Notes under the pieces: generated by a model
The model's input: only the letters and a program-made list of their open reading frames with translations
What the model was told of the DNA's origin: nothing
The model's database searches: none
Translations under genes and position numbers: made by a program
Shown here: positions 1 to 7,277 of the stretch, piece by piece
Layout of the letters: each line of letters opens with the position of its first letter
Position numbering within the stretch: the stretch's first letter is position 1
Assembly: GCA_023485925.1 (NCBI GenBank)
Contig: JAMDAJ010000059.1
Span: 1-46,394 of the forward strand
DNA: 46,394 bases
From: Patescibacteria group bacterium
GTDB taxonomy: Bacteria; Patescibacteriota; Doudnabacteria; UBA920; 2-01-FULL-50-11
Direction: 5' to 3'

Positions 1-696
1 TTCGTTCTCTGCCGTTCGAATGCTGCTCTCGAGTTAGTCTTTCCGTCCATTTGTCAGATTTGCGGCAAGCGAGGTTTGTCACTTTGCGATTTTTGCGCGT
101 CCGCCCTCCGCCTCAACCCCCTGCAAGCTTGCGCCTATTGCGAAAAGCCTGCCGCAAACGGCGTCACCCACCCCGCCTGCGCCCGGCGCCATGGCCTGGA
201 CGGCGCGCTGGCGGCCGGACTGTTCCCCCAAATCCAGGAACTTATCCATTATTATAAATACCTAAACGACACGGCGCTTTTCGTGCAAGGGGACGGGCAC
301 ATGGCAAAATTTTTGGACGGGTTTTCTTACCTTGAATACTTTTCCGCGTTTGAACTTGTGCCCGTCCCCTTGCACGAAAAGCGCCTGCGATTCCGGGGTT
401 TTAATCAAAGCGAACTTATAACGCAAACCCTCTCGGAGCTGTCCGGGATAAAACTGAACCGAACGATCCTCAAAAGGACAAAAAATACCGAAACCCAAAC
501 CCACTTCAATCGCGAAGCCCGCCAGCAAAATCTTCGAGAAGCTTTTCGAACGGCAGAGAACGAATACGTCAAAGGCAAGGACTTTCTGCTCATCGACGAT
601 GTCATCACCACCGGCGCCACGCTTTCGGAATGCGCCCGGACCCTAAAGCGCGCCGGCGCGGACCGCGTGTGGGGCCTGGTTTTGGCGCGGGGATGA
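1..696 (+). CDS. comF: ComF family competence protein (double zinc ribbon + PRTase domain), 5' truncated
   Basis: Frame 1 is open from base 1 (..LELVFPSICQICGKRGLSLCDFC..); motifs VPVPLH..RGFNQ and LLIDDVITTGATL; ends LARG*. Confidence 0.92.
   Translation, partial: FVLCRSNAALELVFPSICQICGKRGLSLCDFCASALRLNPLQACAYCEKPAANGVTHPACARRHGLDGALAAGLFPQIQELIHYYKYLNDTALFVQGDGHMAKFLDGFSYLEYFSAFELVPVPLHEKRLRFRGFNQSELITQTLSELSGIKLNRTILKRTKNTETQTHFNREARQQNLREAFRTAENEYVKGKDFLLIDDVITTGATLSECARTLKRAGADRVWGLVLARG
273..385. repeat. Perfect 29-bp inverted repeat (273-301 / 357-385) with 55-bp spacer inside comF
   Basis: ggcgcttttcgtgcaaggggacgggcaca is the exact reverse complement of tgtgcccgtccccttgcacgaaaagcgcc. 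Confidence 0.95.
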
Positions 697-749
697 AATT
701 GAAAAAAAATGGGATTTAGGATAAAATTCGCTTAAGTTGCTCATTTGGT

Positions 750-843
750 GGAAGGGTGGCCGAGCGGCTTAAGGCAGCAGTTTGCTAAACTGCGGGGGGG
801 GTAATAGCCTCCCTCGCGGGTCCGAATCCCGCCCCTTCCGCCA
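750..843 (+). tRNA. tRNA-Ser(GCT)
   Basis: GGAAGGG/CCCTTCC acceptor, GCAGT-TTGCTAA-ACTGC anticodon arm, long variable arm, G discriminator, encoded CCA; T-loop reads TCCGAAT. Confidence 0.93.
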
Positions 844-916
844 AGTGCACACAGACTCAAACCGCTCCAAAATACGTAATTAATCTGAGATTTAATTACG
901 TTCTTATTTTCTTCAC

Positions 917-1459
917 ATGGCGGTCAAAATCACCTATTTCGTTCACGGCACGAGCATTGATAATGAAAACGGCAGTTCCTCCGGCTGGCAAGACTGCCCA
1001 CTTTCAAAGCTTGGCACAAAGCAGGCCAGAGATTTGAGAGAGCGGATCGACGGGAAAAAATTCGACGCCGTTTTTTGTTCCGACTTAAAACGCGCCAAAC
1101 AAACTGCCGCAATCGCTTTCGAAGGAGAAAAAATCATTCCCGAAAAAAGACTCCGCGAGTGCAATTACGGCGATTACAATGGCAGTCCAGAATCGCTGGT
1201 CGAACCGATGTGTAAAAAGCATGTTACGCAAATTTTTCCGGGCGGTGAAAGCTATGAGGACGTAAAATCCCGCCTGCAGGAATTTCTCATTGAACTCAAG
1301 CGGTCATACGATGAAAAACACGTCGCCATAGTCGCCCACAAGGCGCCGCAGCTGGCCTTAGACGTCTTGCTTAAAGGAAAAACCTGGGAACAGGCTTTTG
1401 CGGAAGACTGGCGCAAGACTAAGTCCTGGCAGCCGGGTTGGGAATATGAATTGAAGTAA
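917..1459 (+). CDS. Histidine phosphatase (phosphoglycerate mutase-like) family protein
   Basis: FVHG (variant of RHG), SDLKRA..TA, LRE.NYG, GGES, IVAH motifs. Confidence 0.85.
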   Translation: MAVKITYFVHGTSIDNENGSSSGWQDCPLSKLGTKQARDLRERIDGKKFDAVFCSDLKRAKQTAAIAFEGEKIIPEKRLRECNYGDYNGSPESLVEPMCKKHVTQIFPGGESYEDVKSRLQEFLIELKRSYDEKHVAIVAHKAPQLALDVLLKGKTWEQAFAEDWRKTKSWQPGWEYELK

Positions 1460-1472
1460 AACCTTTGTCCGG

Positions 1473-1553
1473 TGTCATCCTGAACTTGGTTCAGGATCCA
1501 TCGAAAGTCGATTCTCTTCAAATAATGTGGATTCTGACCTGCGTCAGAATGAC
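1473..1553. repeat. Short palindromic GTCAT...ATGAC double-hairpin element, copy 1
   Basis: tgtcatcctgaacttggttcaggatc ... ggattctgacctgcgtcagaatgac; homologous in inverted orientation to 14135-14220. Confidence 0.8.
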
Positions 1554-1574
1554 TAAATCTTATAGACGGAATTT

Positions 1575-2333
1575 ATGCCCACCGACCTCAAACAACTCGT
1601 TATCGAAGAATTTTCCGGAGCAAACGCCCAAACGCTCTACCGGCAAAAAGCGCTGGAAGGGCTCTGGGACTCGGAAAAATTTTTTATCGGCAAATATTTC
1701 AAAACGCCGGGCAGGCTCTTGGATGTCGGCTGCGGAACCGGCCGAACGACCATTCGCCTTTCAAAAATGGGATTTGAGGTTATCGGGGTTGATCTGGTGC
1801 CGGCGATGATAACATCGGCCCAACAAATCGCAATCGAACAAAAACTAAATATCGATTACCGCATCGGCGATGCGACGAAGCTGGAATTTCCCGAAAATAC
1901 TTTTGATTACGCCCTGTTTTCTAATCAGGGCTGGACGCAAATCCCGGGACAAAAATCCCGGCGGCAGGCGGTTTCCGAGATTAAGCGCGTACTCAAACCC
2001 GGCGGCATTTTGATATTTACCGCGCATCCGCGGGTCTGGGCCCCCAAATTTTCCTTTTTTTGGCTGATGCAGGCACTGCGATTTTACCTCCTCAAACCCT
2101 TGGGCTTCAAAATCTATGAACAGGATTTTGGCGACCGGTTCTTTGACCGTGAGTCAACCGACCCTGGCCGGACTTATTCCACACGACAATACATCCATAT
2201 CCCTTCGGTTAAGGAAGTGAAAGCTGATTTGTCGGCAACCGGATGGAAACTGCTGGAGGCCAACGGTAAACTGCAAATCTCAAACTCGGACATCCGCGAC
2301 TACCCGCCAGTATTTTACGTTTGCCAAAAGTAG
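1575..2333 (+). CDS. Class I SAM-dependent methyltransferase
   Basis: [28 protein letters not shown] motifs. Confidence 0.9.
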   Translation: MPTDLKQLVIEEFSGANAQTLYRQKALEGLWDSEKFFIGKYFKTPGRLLDVGCGTGRTTIRLSKMGFEVIGVDLVPAMITSAQQIAIEQKLNIDYRIGDATKLEFPENTFDYALFSNQGWTQIPGQKSRRQAVSEIKRVLKPGGILIFTAHPRVWAPKFSFFWLMQALRFYLLKPLGFKIYEQDFGDRFFDRESTDPGRTYSTRQYIHIPSVKEVKADLSATGWKLLEANGKLQISNSDIRDYPPVFYVCQK

Positions 2334-2335
2334 AA

Positions 2336-2926
2336 ATGGTTGAATATAAAATCGTTTTTGGCGCTCTTGCGGTTATTACTGGGCTCATTGGTTATATCCC
2401 TTACTTTCTGGATATTTTTAAGGGCTCCACCAAACCTCATATCTTTTCGTGGCTTGTGTGGGCAATACTGGAAACAATCGGGTTTTTTGCTCAAGTAATA
2501 AAAGGCGCGGGACCCGGCTCCTGGATGACCGGAACTACCGCGATTCTGTGCCTGGGCGTATTCTTCAGCGCCTTAAGGCACGGCGAAAAAAACATCACCC
2601 GCATCGACTGGGTGTGCCTTGCGAGCGCGCTTTGTGGGATTGGGGCTTGGCAAATCACCAAAGACCCTTTCTGGGCGGTAATCATCGTGGTGATCACAGA
2701 CCTAGTCGGCTTTATTCCAACGTTTCGCAAAGCTTACAACAAACCCTTCGAGGAAACGCTGAAACTTTATTTACTAAGTGCTCTAAAGGCCTCGCTGGCC
2801 CTGTTCGCTCTCGATTCCGTAAACCCGACCACTGTTATGTACCTTGCCTCACTGGTTGCCTCAAACGCTTCGTTCAGCATCATGCTCGCGGTAAGACGCG
2901 CTTCCCTGAAAAAAATAACCGTCTGA
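2336..2926 (+). CDS. Multi-pass membrane protein (possibly PQ-loop-like)
   Basis: About 7 hydrophobic segments; repeated YIPY..I.KG.TKP / FIPT.RK..KP pattern; ATG 2 nt after upstream stop. Confidence 0.7.
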   Translation: MVEYKIVFGALAVITGLIGYIPYFLDIFKGSTKPHIFSWLVWAILETIGFFAQVIKGAGPGSWMTGTTAILCLGVFFSALRHGEKNITRIDWVCLASALCGIGAWQITKDPFWAVIIVVITDLVGFIPTFRKAYNKPFEETLKLYLLSALKASLALFALDSVNPTTVMYLASLVASNASFSIMLAVRRASLKKITV

Positions 2927-2927
2927 T

Positions 2928-3500
2928 ATGAACGACAAAGAAATCGAAATCCAAGTGCAGATCGAGAAAGCCGAACCGCTTTTGAATTTTTTGGAAAAGC
3001 ACGGCGATTTTAAATACGAATCGCGCCAGACTGATGAATACTTCACACCGTCTCACCGTGACTTTATTGCAATTAGACCGGTGAAAGAATGGCTTCGACT
3101 GCGCACCGAAGCGGGCAGGCACACCATCACTTACAAAAACTGGCATTACGGAAGCGGTGGCCGGAGTTATCACGCCGACGAATACGAAACCCAAGTTGCC
3201 GACCTCGCGAGCCTTAAAAAACTTTTCTTGGCACTAAACTTTAAACCCTTAACCGCGGTGGATAAAACCCGCCGCGTGTTCCAATATAAAGACTACGAGA
3301 TCGCTTTGGATAGCATCAAAAATCTGGGCGAATTCGTAGAGATAGAGTACAAGGGACGGGCTCGGAGCGAAGCGAAAGTAATCTATAACGAAATGGTCGA
3401 ATTCTTGCGGGGACTTAACTGCGGAAAAATCCGCCGCAACAACGGCGGCTATCCGTTTTTGCTGATGTTCCCCGAAGAAGCAAAATATGAAGAAATTTGA
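2928..3500 (+). CDS. cyaB: CYTH-domain protein (class IV adenylate cyclase-like)
   Basis: N-terminal EIE, WLRLR, ITYK, EYET, LG.FVEIE motifs. Confidence 0.8.
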   Translation: MNDKEIEIQVQIEKAEPLLNFLEKHGDFKYESRQTDEYFTPSHRDFIAIRPVKEWLRLRTEAGRHTITYKNWHYGSGGRSYHADEYETQVADLASLKKLFLALNFKPLTAVDKTRRVFQYKDYEIALDSIKNLGEFVEIEYKGRARSEAKVIYNEMVEFLRGLNCGKIRRNNGGYPFLLMFPEEAKYEEI

Positions 3501-3502
3501 CT

Positions 3503-4033
3503 ATGGAAAAACTCATCCTTGTCGACCGCCGTGACCGGCAGATCGGCATTATGGAAAAACTGGAGGCGCATAAGCTCGGGCGGCTGCACCGCTGCTTTTC
3601 AATTTTCATCACAAACGGCAAAGGCCAAACCCTCCTGCAACGGCGGGCGCTAGATAAATACCACTCGGGGGGCTTATGGAGCAATAGCTGCTGCGGCCAC
3701 CAACGACCGGGCGAACACACGCTTAAGGCCGGCGAGCGCCGCCTGAAAGAAGAATTCGGCATCGACTGCCGTCTCAAAAAAATCCACACCTTCCTCTACC
3801 GAACCGAATTCAAAAACGGACTCATTGAATATGAATTCGACCATGTCCTCACCGGATATTTTGATGGCACGCCACCCCAGCCCGATCCGAAGGAAATACT
3901 TGAATGGAAATGGATATCACTTGCGAACCTGCAAACTGACATTTTTACCTCCCCCCAAGACTATACCTACTGGCTGAAGGCCTGTTTTGCCGACGTCGTT
4001 CCTTTGCTTAATAATCGACCTCCAAGGGCATAA
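3503..4033 (+). CDS. idi: Isopentenyl-diphosphate delta-isomerase, type 1 (Nudix fold)
   Basis: LHRCFS, LLQRRA..KYHSGGLWSNSCCGH, EYEFDHV, YTYW. Confidence 0.9.
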   Translation: MEKLILVDRRDRQIGIMEKLEAHKLGRLHRCFSIFITNGKGQTLLQRRALDKYHSGGLWSNSCCGHQRPGEHTLKAGERRLKEEFGIDCRLKKIHTFLYRTEFKNGLIEYEFDHVLTGYFDGTPPQPDPKEILEWKWISLANLQTDIFTSPQDYTYWLKACFADVVPLLNNRPPRA

Positions 4034-4123
4034 ACAGCTCTCCGCCTTTGCGGTCTGGTGTCTTTTATGGCATAATAAAAGAAACGTTAGGCCGTTTTTT
4101 TCGTCTTATTAAGCAGTCGCCGA

Positions 4124-4708
4124 ATGAAAATTCGCCCGGCTAAAAACCTCAAATCTAACGCTGGCCTCGATAATTACACCGATCAACTGGTGAGTTTGGC
4201 GTCTGCCGGCGACCAAAAGGCCTACGAATCGCTTTATCGGGAATTTTTTCCGAAAATCTCGCGTTTCGTAAATTACCGGGTTTCCCACAGAGAGACGGCG
4301 GAAGATTTGGTTGCCGAGATTTTTGTTAAGGCCTGGCAAAGTCTGCAGGGCAGCTCGGAAGTATCCTCTTTTCCGAAATGGATCTTTACCATCGCCCGCA
4401 ATCGCGTTATCGACCACTATCGCACCAAGCGACCGACCGCCGACCTGTTTGAGCTGGAAAACCTTCTGGAATACGAAGACAACATTGTTAACACTATCGA
4501 TTTAGATATAGCCTCGCGGCAGTTTCTGGAAATTTTGGACGAGCTGCCGTCCGATCAGCAGCAGGTTATCCGCCTCAAATTTTTGGAAGATCTGGCCAAC
4601 GAAGAGATCGCGGCCATCATTGATAAAACACCCGGCACTATCCGCGTTATCCAACATCGGGCCATCGGCGCGCTAAAAAAATTGCTTAAAACTCCGCCCA
4701 ATAACTGA
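4124..4708 (+). CDS. ECF-type RNA polymerase sigma-70 factor
   Basis: Region 2 AEDL..EIF.KAW..WIFTIARN..ID.YR; region 4 EIA.II.K..GTIRVIQHRA. Confidence 0.92.
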   Translation: MKIRPAKNLKSNAGLDNYTDQLVSLASAGDQKAYESLYREFFPKISRFVNYRVSHRETAEDLVAEIFVKAWQSLQGSSEVSSFPKWIFTIARNRVIDHYRTKRPTADLFELENLLEYEDNIVNTIDLDIASRQFLEILDELPSDQQQVIRLKFLEDLANEEIAAIIDKTPGTIRVIQHRAIGALKKLLKTPPNN

Positions 4709-4709
4709 A

Positions 4710-5705
4710 ATGAGTAAAAAACCGGAAGACATTTTGGATGAATATCTCGCCCTTCTCCACAAAGAAGGAAGTTTTTCTGCGATAAAAAATCAACTGCCCC
4801 AATCGCGCGCGCTGGCCGAGCAATTATCCGTCGCCGACCTGGCCTGGCATATTCCGACCAACAAACCGGTATTAGACCAAACCGCCGTATGGAACCGGGT
4901 CGCCCAGCAAATCAAAACGAATAGTCCCCAACCCCAGGCCGCACCTCTCGCTTCGCCCGCCTCCCGCCTGCTCTCCGGATTTTCCCTTCACATCCCCAAA
5001 ACGGCCTTTGCCGGCATCATGGCGGTGATGATGCTCTGGATGGTCAACAGCGCGGCGGTCGCCGCGAGCAACAGCCTGCCTGGCCAGACACTTTACCCCG
5101 TCAAGCGTACGGTGGAAAGGATCCAACTCACGCTGACTTTGGACGACGTAAAAAAAACCGAGATCCGCATCAAGCACGCTGAAACCCGGCTGAACGAAGC
5201 TAAAACTATCGTCGACACCAGCTCTTCCACGAACGAAAAAATCATCGAACAGGCCTTAAACGACCTGAAATCCGCCACGACCCAGGTTGCCGATGAATCC
5301 AGCGACAATACGGATTTGCTGCAAAAAGTGGTAGAGCTCACCGACAAGCAGGAAAACCTCCTCCCTGCCATCCAAGATAAAGTCACGGGCGATGCCAAAA
5401 AAATAGCGGACGAGGCCTTAAGCACCGCCAAAGAGACAAAGACTACGGCCGAAAAAAATCTGGAAGAATTGAAGAACCAGGATATCCAATCCGACGACAC
5501 GGCGACGACAACGCCGGATTCTTTGGAACACCCCTCAAGCACGCCGTCCCAGATCAAAGGGGGCGGCGAGGACGCGACGAGCACCGATGATACTATTTGG
5601 AAACTCGGGTCGCCTTCCGAAACCAGTACCGGAATAGAAATTCCGCCAACGGAGCAATTAGATAACGAAGAAACGACAACCCCACAAATCCTGGAATTGA
5701 AGTAA
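4710..5705 (+). CDS. DUF5667-domain membrane protein, putative anti-sigma factor
   Basis: One TM helix, then SLPGQTLYPVKR..E and RL.EA motif; acidic Ser/Thr tail; starts 1 nt after the sigma gene stop. Confidence 0.7.
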   Translation: MSKKPEDILDEYLALLHKEGSFSAIKNQLPQSRALAEQLSVADLAWHIPTNKPVLDQTAVWNRVAQQIKTNSPQPQAAPLASPASRLLSGFSLHIPKTAFAGIMAVMMLWMVNSAAVAASNSLPGQTLYPVKRTVERIQLTLTLDDVKKTEIRIKHAETRLNEAKTIVDTSSSTNEKIIEQALNDLKSATTQVADESSDNTDLLQKVVELTDKQENLLPAIQDKVTGDAKKIADEALSTAKETKTTAEKNLEELKNQDIQSDDTATTTPDSLEHPSSTPSQIKGGGEDATSTDDTIWKLGSPSETSTGIEIPPTEQLDNEETTTPQILELK

Positions 5706-5737
5706 ATCTTCCATGGAATTTTTCAAATGACCTCCTC

Positions 5738-5764
5738 CCCCGACTTCCCTGCGGTCGTCGGGGG
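5738..5764. terminator. Hairpin, probable terminator after the sigma/anti-sigma operon
   Basis: ccccgac...gtcgggg followed by ttt. Confidence 0.45.
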
Positions 5765-5794
5765 TTTCCTTTGCTCCGCTAGACGCTCGCCTTC

Positions 5795-5835
5795 TGTCAT
5801 TCCTGCCTGCCGGCAGGCAGGCGAAGGCGGGAATC
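5795..5835. repeat. GTCATTCC.GCGAAGGCGGGAATC-type palindrome carrying a nested 16-nt insert
   Basis: gtcattcctgc[ctgccggcaggcaggc]gaaggcgggaatc. Confidence 0.65.
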
Positions 5836-5859
5836 TGAAATTGATAGCTTCAATAAAGT

Positions 5860-6148
5860 TCGAGCCAACCAGCCTGGGCTCGCGGAAACAGTCCTCCTCA
5901 CTCCGTGAGTCGGACCACTCCTCCCCGCTTCCGTTTTCCATTCGGAAAACGAAAGCGGGGTTTCCTGTAATGTAGTAAAAACCCGCCCTCGGCTTACAGG
6001 AACGCGGGGTTTTCCGGTAGAAGCACTTCGATTTTTGGCTCCGCTGTTTGCAAAATAAGACTGGATTATTTTGAAGACCAGACCTATCAGTGGTTAGGGC
6101 TTCAGGCATCCTAGCTAAAAACAAACAGCATCGAAGTCCCCTACCAGG
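5860..6148 (-). ncRNA. Unidentified structured RNA candidate
   Basis: Dense helices; mismatches become G-U pairs or tandem GA on the minus strand; possible pseudoknot at 5962-6013. Confidence 0.5.
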
Positions 6149-6169
6149 TTTTCTATTGTGTCGATTTTC

Positions 6170-6178
6170 TGGTATAAT
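6170..6178 (+). promoter_or_regulatory. Extended -10 promoter (TGnTATAAT) upstream of the tRNA-Ser locus
   Basis: tggtataat. Confidence 0.5.
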
Positions 6179-6267
6179 GCTGGGGTAAAATTGTAATAAA
6201 CATGCGGCGGGCTTTATCCCTATGGAGGTCCCCTGCAAAAAACCCCTTCTAAACTAGCGGGCCCGCA

Positions 6268-6549
6268 TAGTGTAAGTTGGTTTTCAGCCAAAGGCTGATC
6301 CGCCTCTGGCGGAAGCGCACCGGTCTTGTCCGCCTTCATTTGTCCAATCCAGTGAGGAGGGGTGGCCGAGTGGTTTAAGGCGACGGTCTTGAAAACCGTT
6401 ATCCGTCTAAAGCGGATCGCGAGTTCGAATCTCGCCCCCTCCGCACTGGATTGAATTGCGGCTGATCCGCCGAAGCTAATTTTTTTTGGAGGTGGAAAAA
6501 CCGGAACGGCTCAAAACCGTCGCGAGTTCAAATCTCGCCCCCACCGCCA
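6268..6549 (+). tRNA. Outer interrupted tRNA-Ser(TGA): intron-containing or pseudogene
   Basis: D arm GTGT..GCGC with a 30-nt insert (6284-6313); CCGGT-CTTG[168-nt insert 6329-6496]AAA-ACCGG; variable arm; GCGAG-TTCAAAT-CTCGC; CCCCACC-G-CCA. The 5' acceptor strand is not contiguous. Confidence 0.7.
6356..6443 (+). tRNA. tRNA-Ser(TGA), intact, nested in the outer tRNA
   Basis: GGAGGGG/CCCCTCC acceptor, ACGGT-CTTGAAA-ACCGT, long variable arm, GTTCGAATC; CCA not encoded. Confidence 0.95.
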
Positions 6550-6588
6550 TCAAACTCTAAACACTTCGTTCAATTAAAACCAAAATCT

Positions 6589-7062
6589 ATGCCGCAAAAA
6601 CAAACAATCTCCTGGAAAGCGCCAGAATATACTTTTTTCCAAAAATCTTCTGCCTGGTACGTCGTTGTCGGAGTAATCGGCTTGGGCTGCCTGATATACG
6701 CCGTTTCCAACCAAGACTATGTCATGCTTATCACTTTAGGAGTGATGTTCGCAGTCGGCGCCTGGCTATCCTTCAAAAAACCGAAAACTATCACCATAAC
6801 CCTCAACCAGCGCGGGGTCTCCATTTCCGGTGTTCTGTTCCCCTTTGAGACGGTTTTAAAAAAATTCTGGATCCACTATCATCCTCCCCTGCAAAAGACC
6901 TTGAATTTTGAAACCACTAATTACCTCAACCGCGATATAACCCTAGAGCTGGAAGACCAGGACCCGCTTGAGATAAGGAGTTTCCTCTTGGAACATATGA
7001 ACGAGGACATAGACCGCGAGGAAACTTACTTTGATAGGCTTCTGCGCGCGCTAAAATTTTGA
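6589..7062 (+). CDS. Hypothetical membrane protein (two TM helices, then a soluble domain)
   Basis: ISW.APEY..K...WY followed by two hydrophobic helices; clean ORF. Confidence 0.75.
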   Translation: MPQKQTISWKAPEYTFFQKSSAWYVVVGVIGLGCLIYAVSNQDYVMLITLGVMFAVGAWLSFKKPKTITITLNQRGVSISGVLFPFETVLKKFWIHYHPPLQKTLNFETTNYLNRDITLELEDQDPLEIRSFLLEHMNEDIDREETYFDRLLRALKF

Positions 7063-7183
7063 GAATCCTCATTATCGACGATGGACAAAACGGAAAAACC
7101 TTAAATCATCTTTCGTTCGTCGATGCCATATTTCACTAATTACCACACATAAATAACCGTCTAACACCTTCCGATATTGTTCC

Positions 7184-7255
7184 CCTCTCGTCGTTCAATG
7201 GATAGGACGCAAGATTGCGGATCTTGCAATGTAGGTTCGATTCCTACCGAGAGGA
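7184..7255 (+). tRNA. tRNA-Arg(GCG)
   Basis: CCTCTCG/CGAGAGG acceptor, GTTC/GGAC D stem, CAAGA-TTGCGGA-TCTTG, GTAGG-TTCGATT-CCTAC. Confidence 0.92.
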
Positions 7256-7277
7256 GAAGAGTATCGGAAACGAGAAA

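Noticed and set aside
874..901. dif site
   Set aside because: Dyad lacks the XerD arm consensus TTATGTTAAAT and has an 8-bp centre.
1465..1809. 114-aa ORF and the antisense ORF 1252-1521
   Set aside because: Derived from the palindromic element; both overlap real genes.
5860..6000. RNase P RNA or SRP RNA
   Set aside because: Minus-strand ggggaggagtggtccg only loosely resembles GAGGAAAGTCC, and the CGGCTTA motif is on the opposite strand; no SRP CAGG-GNRA-AGCAG motif.
5723..6238. ORFs 5723-6238(-) and 5727-5975(+)
   Set aside because: Translations of repeats and structured RNA (e.g. PACRQAG); no protein features.
6497..6549. Simple attR duplication of the inner tRNA 3' half
   Set aside because: Its anticodon stem and arms differ from the inner tRNA and pair with the upstream half at 6320-6328.
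7215..7277. N-terminal extension of RecG
   Set aside because: Overlaps tRNA-Arg; ATG at 7278 fits the family.
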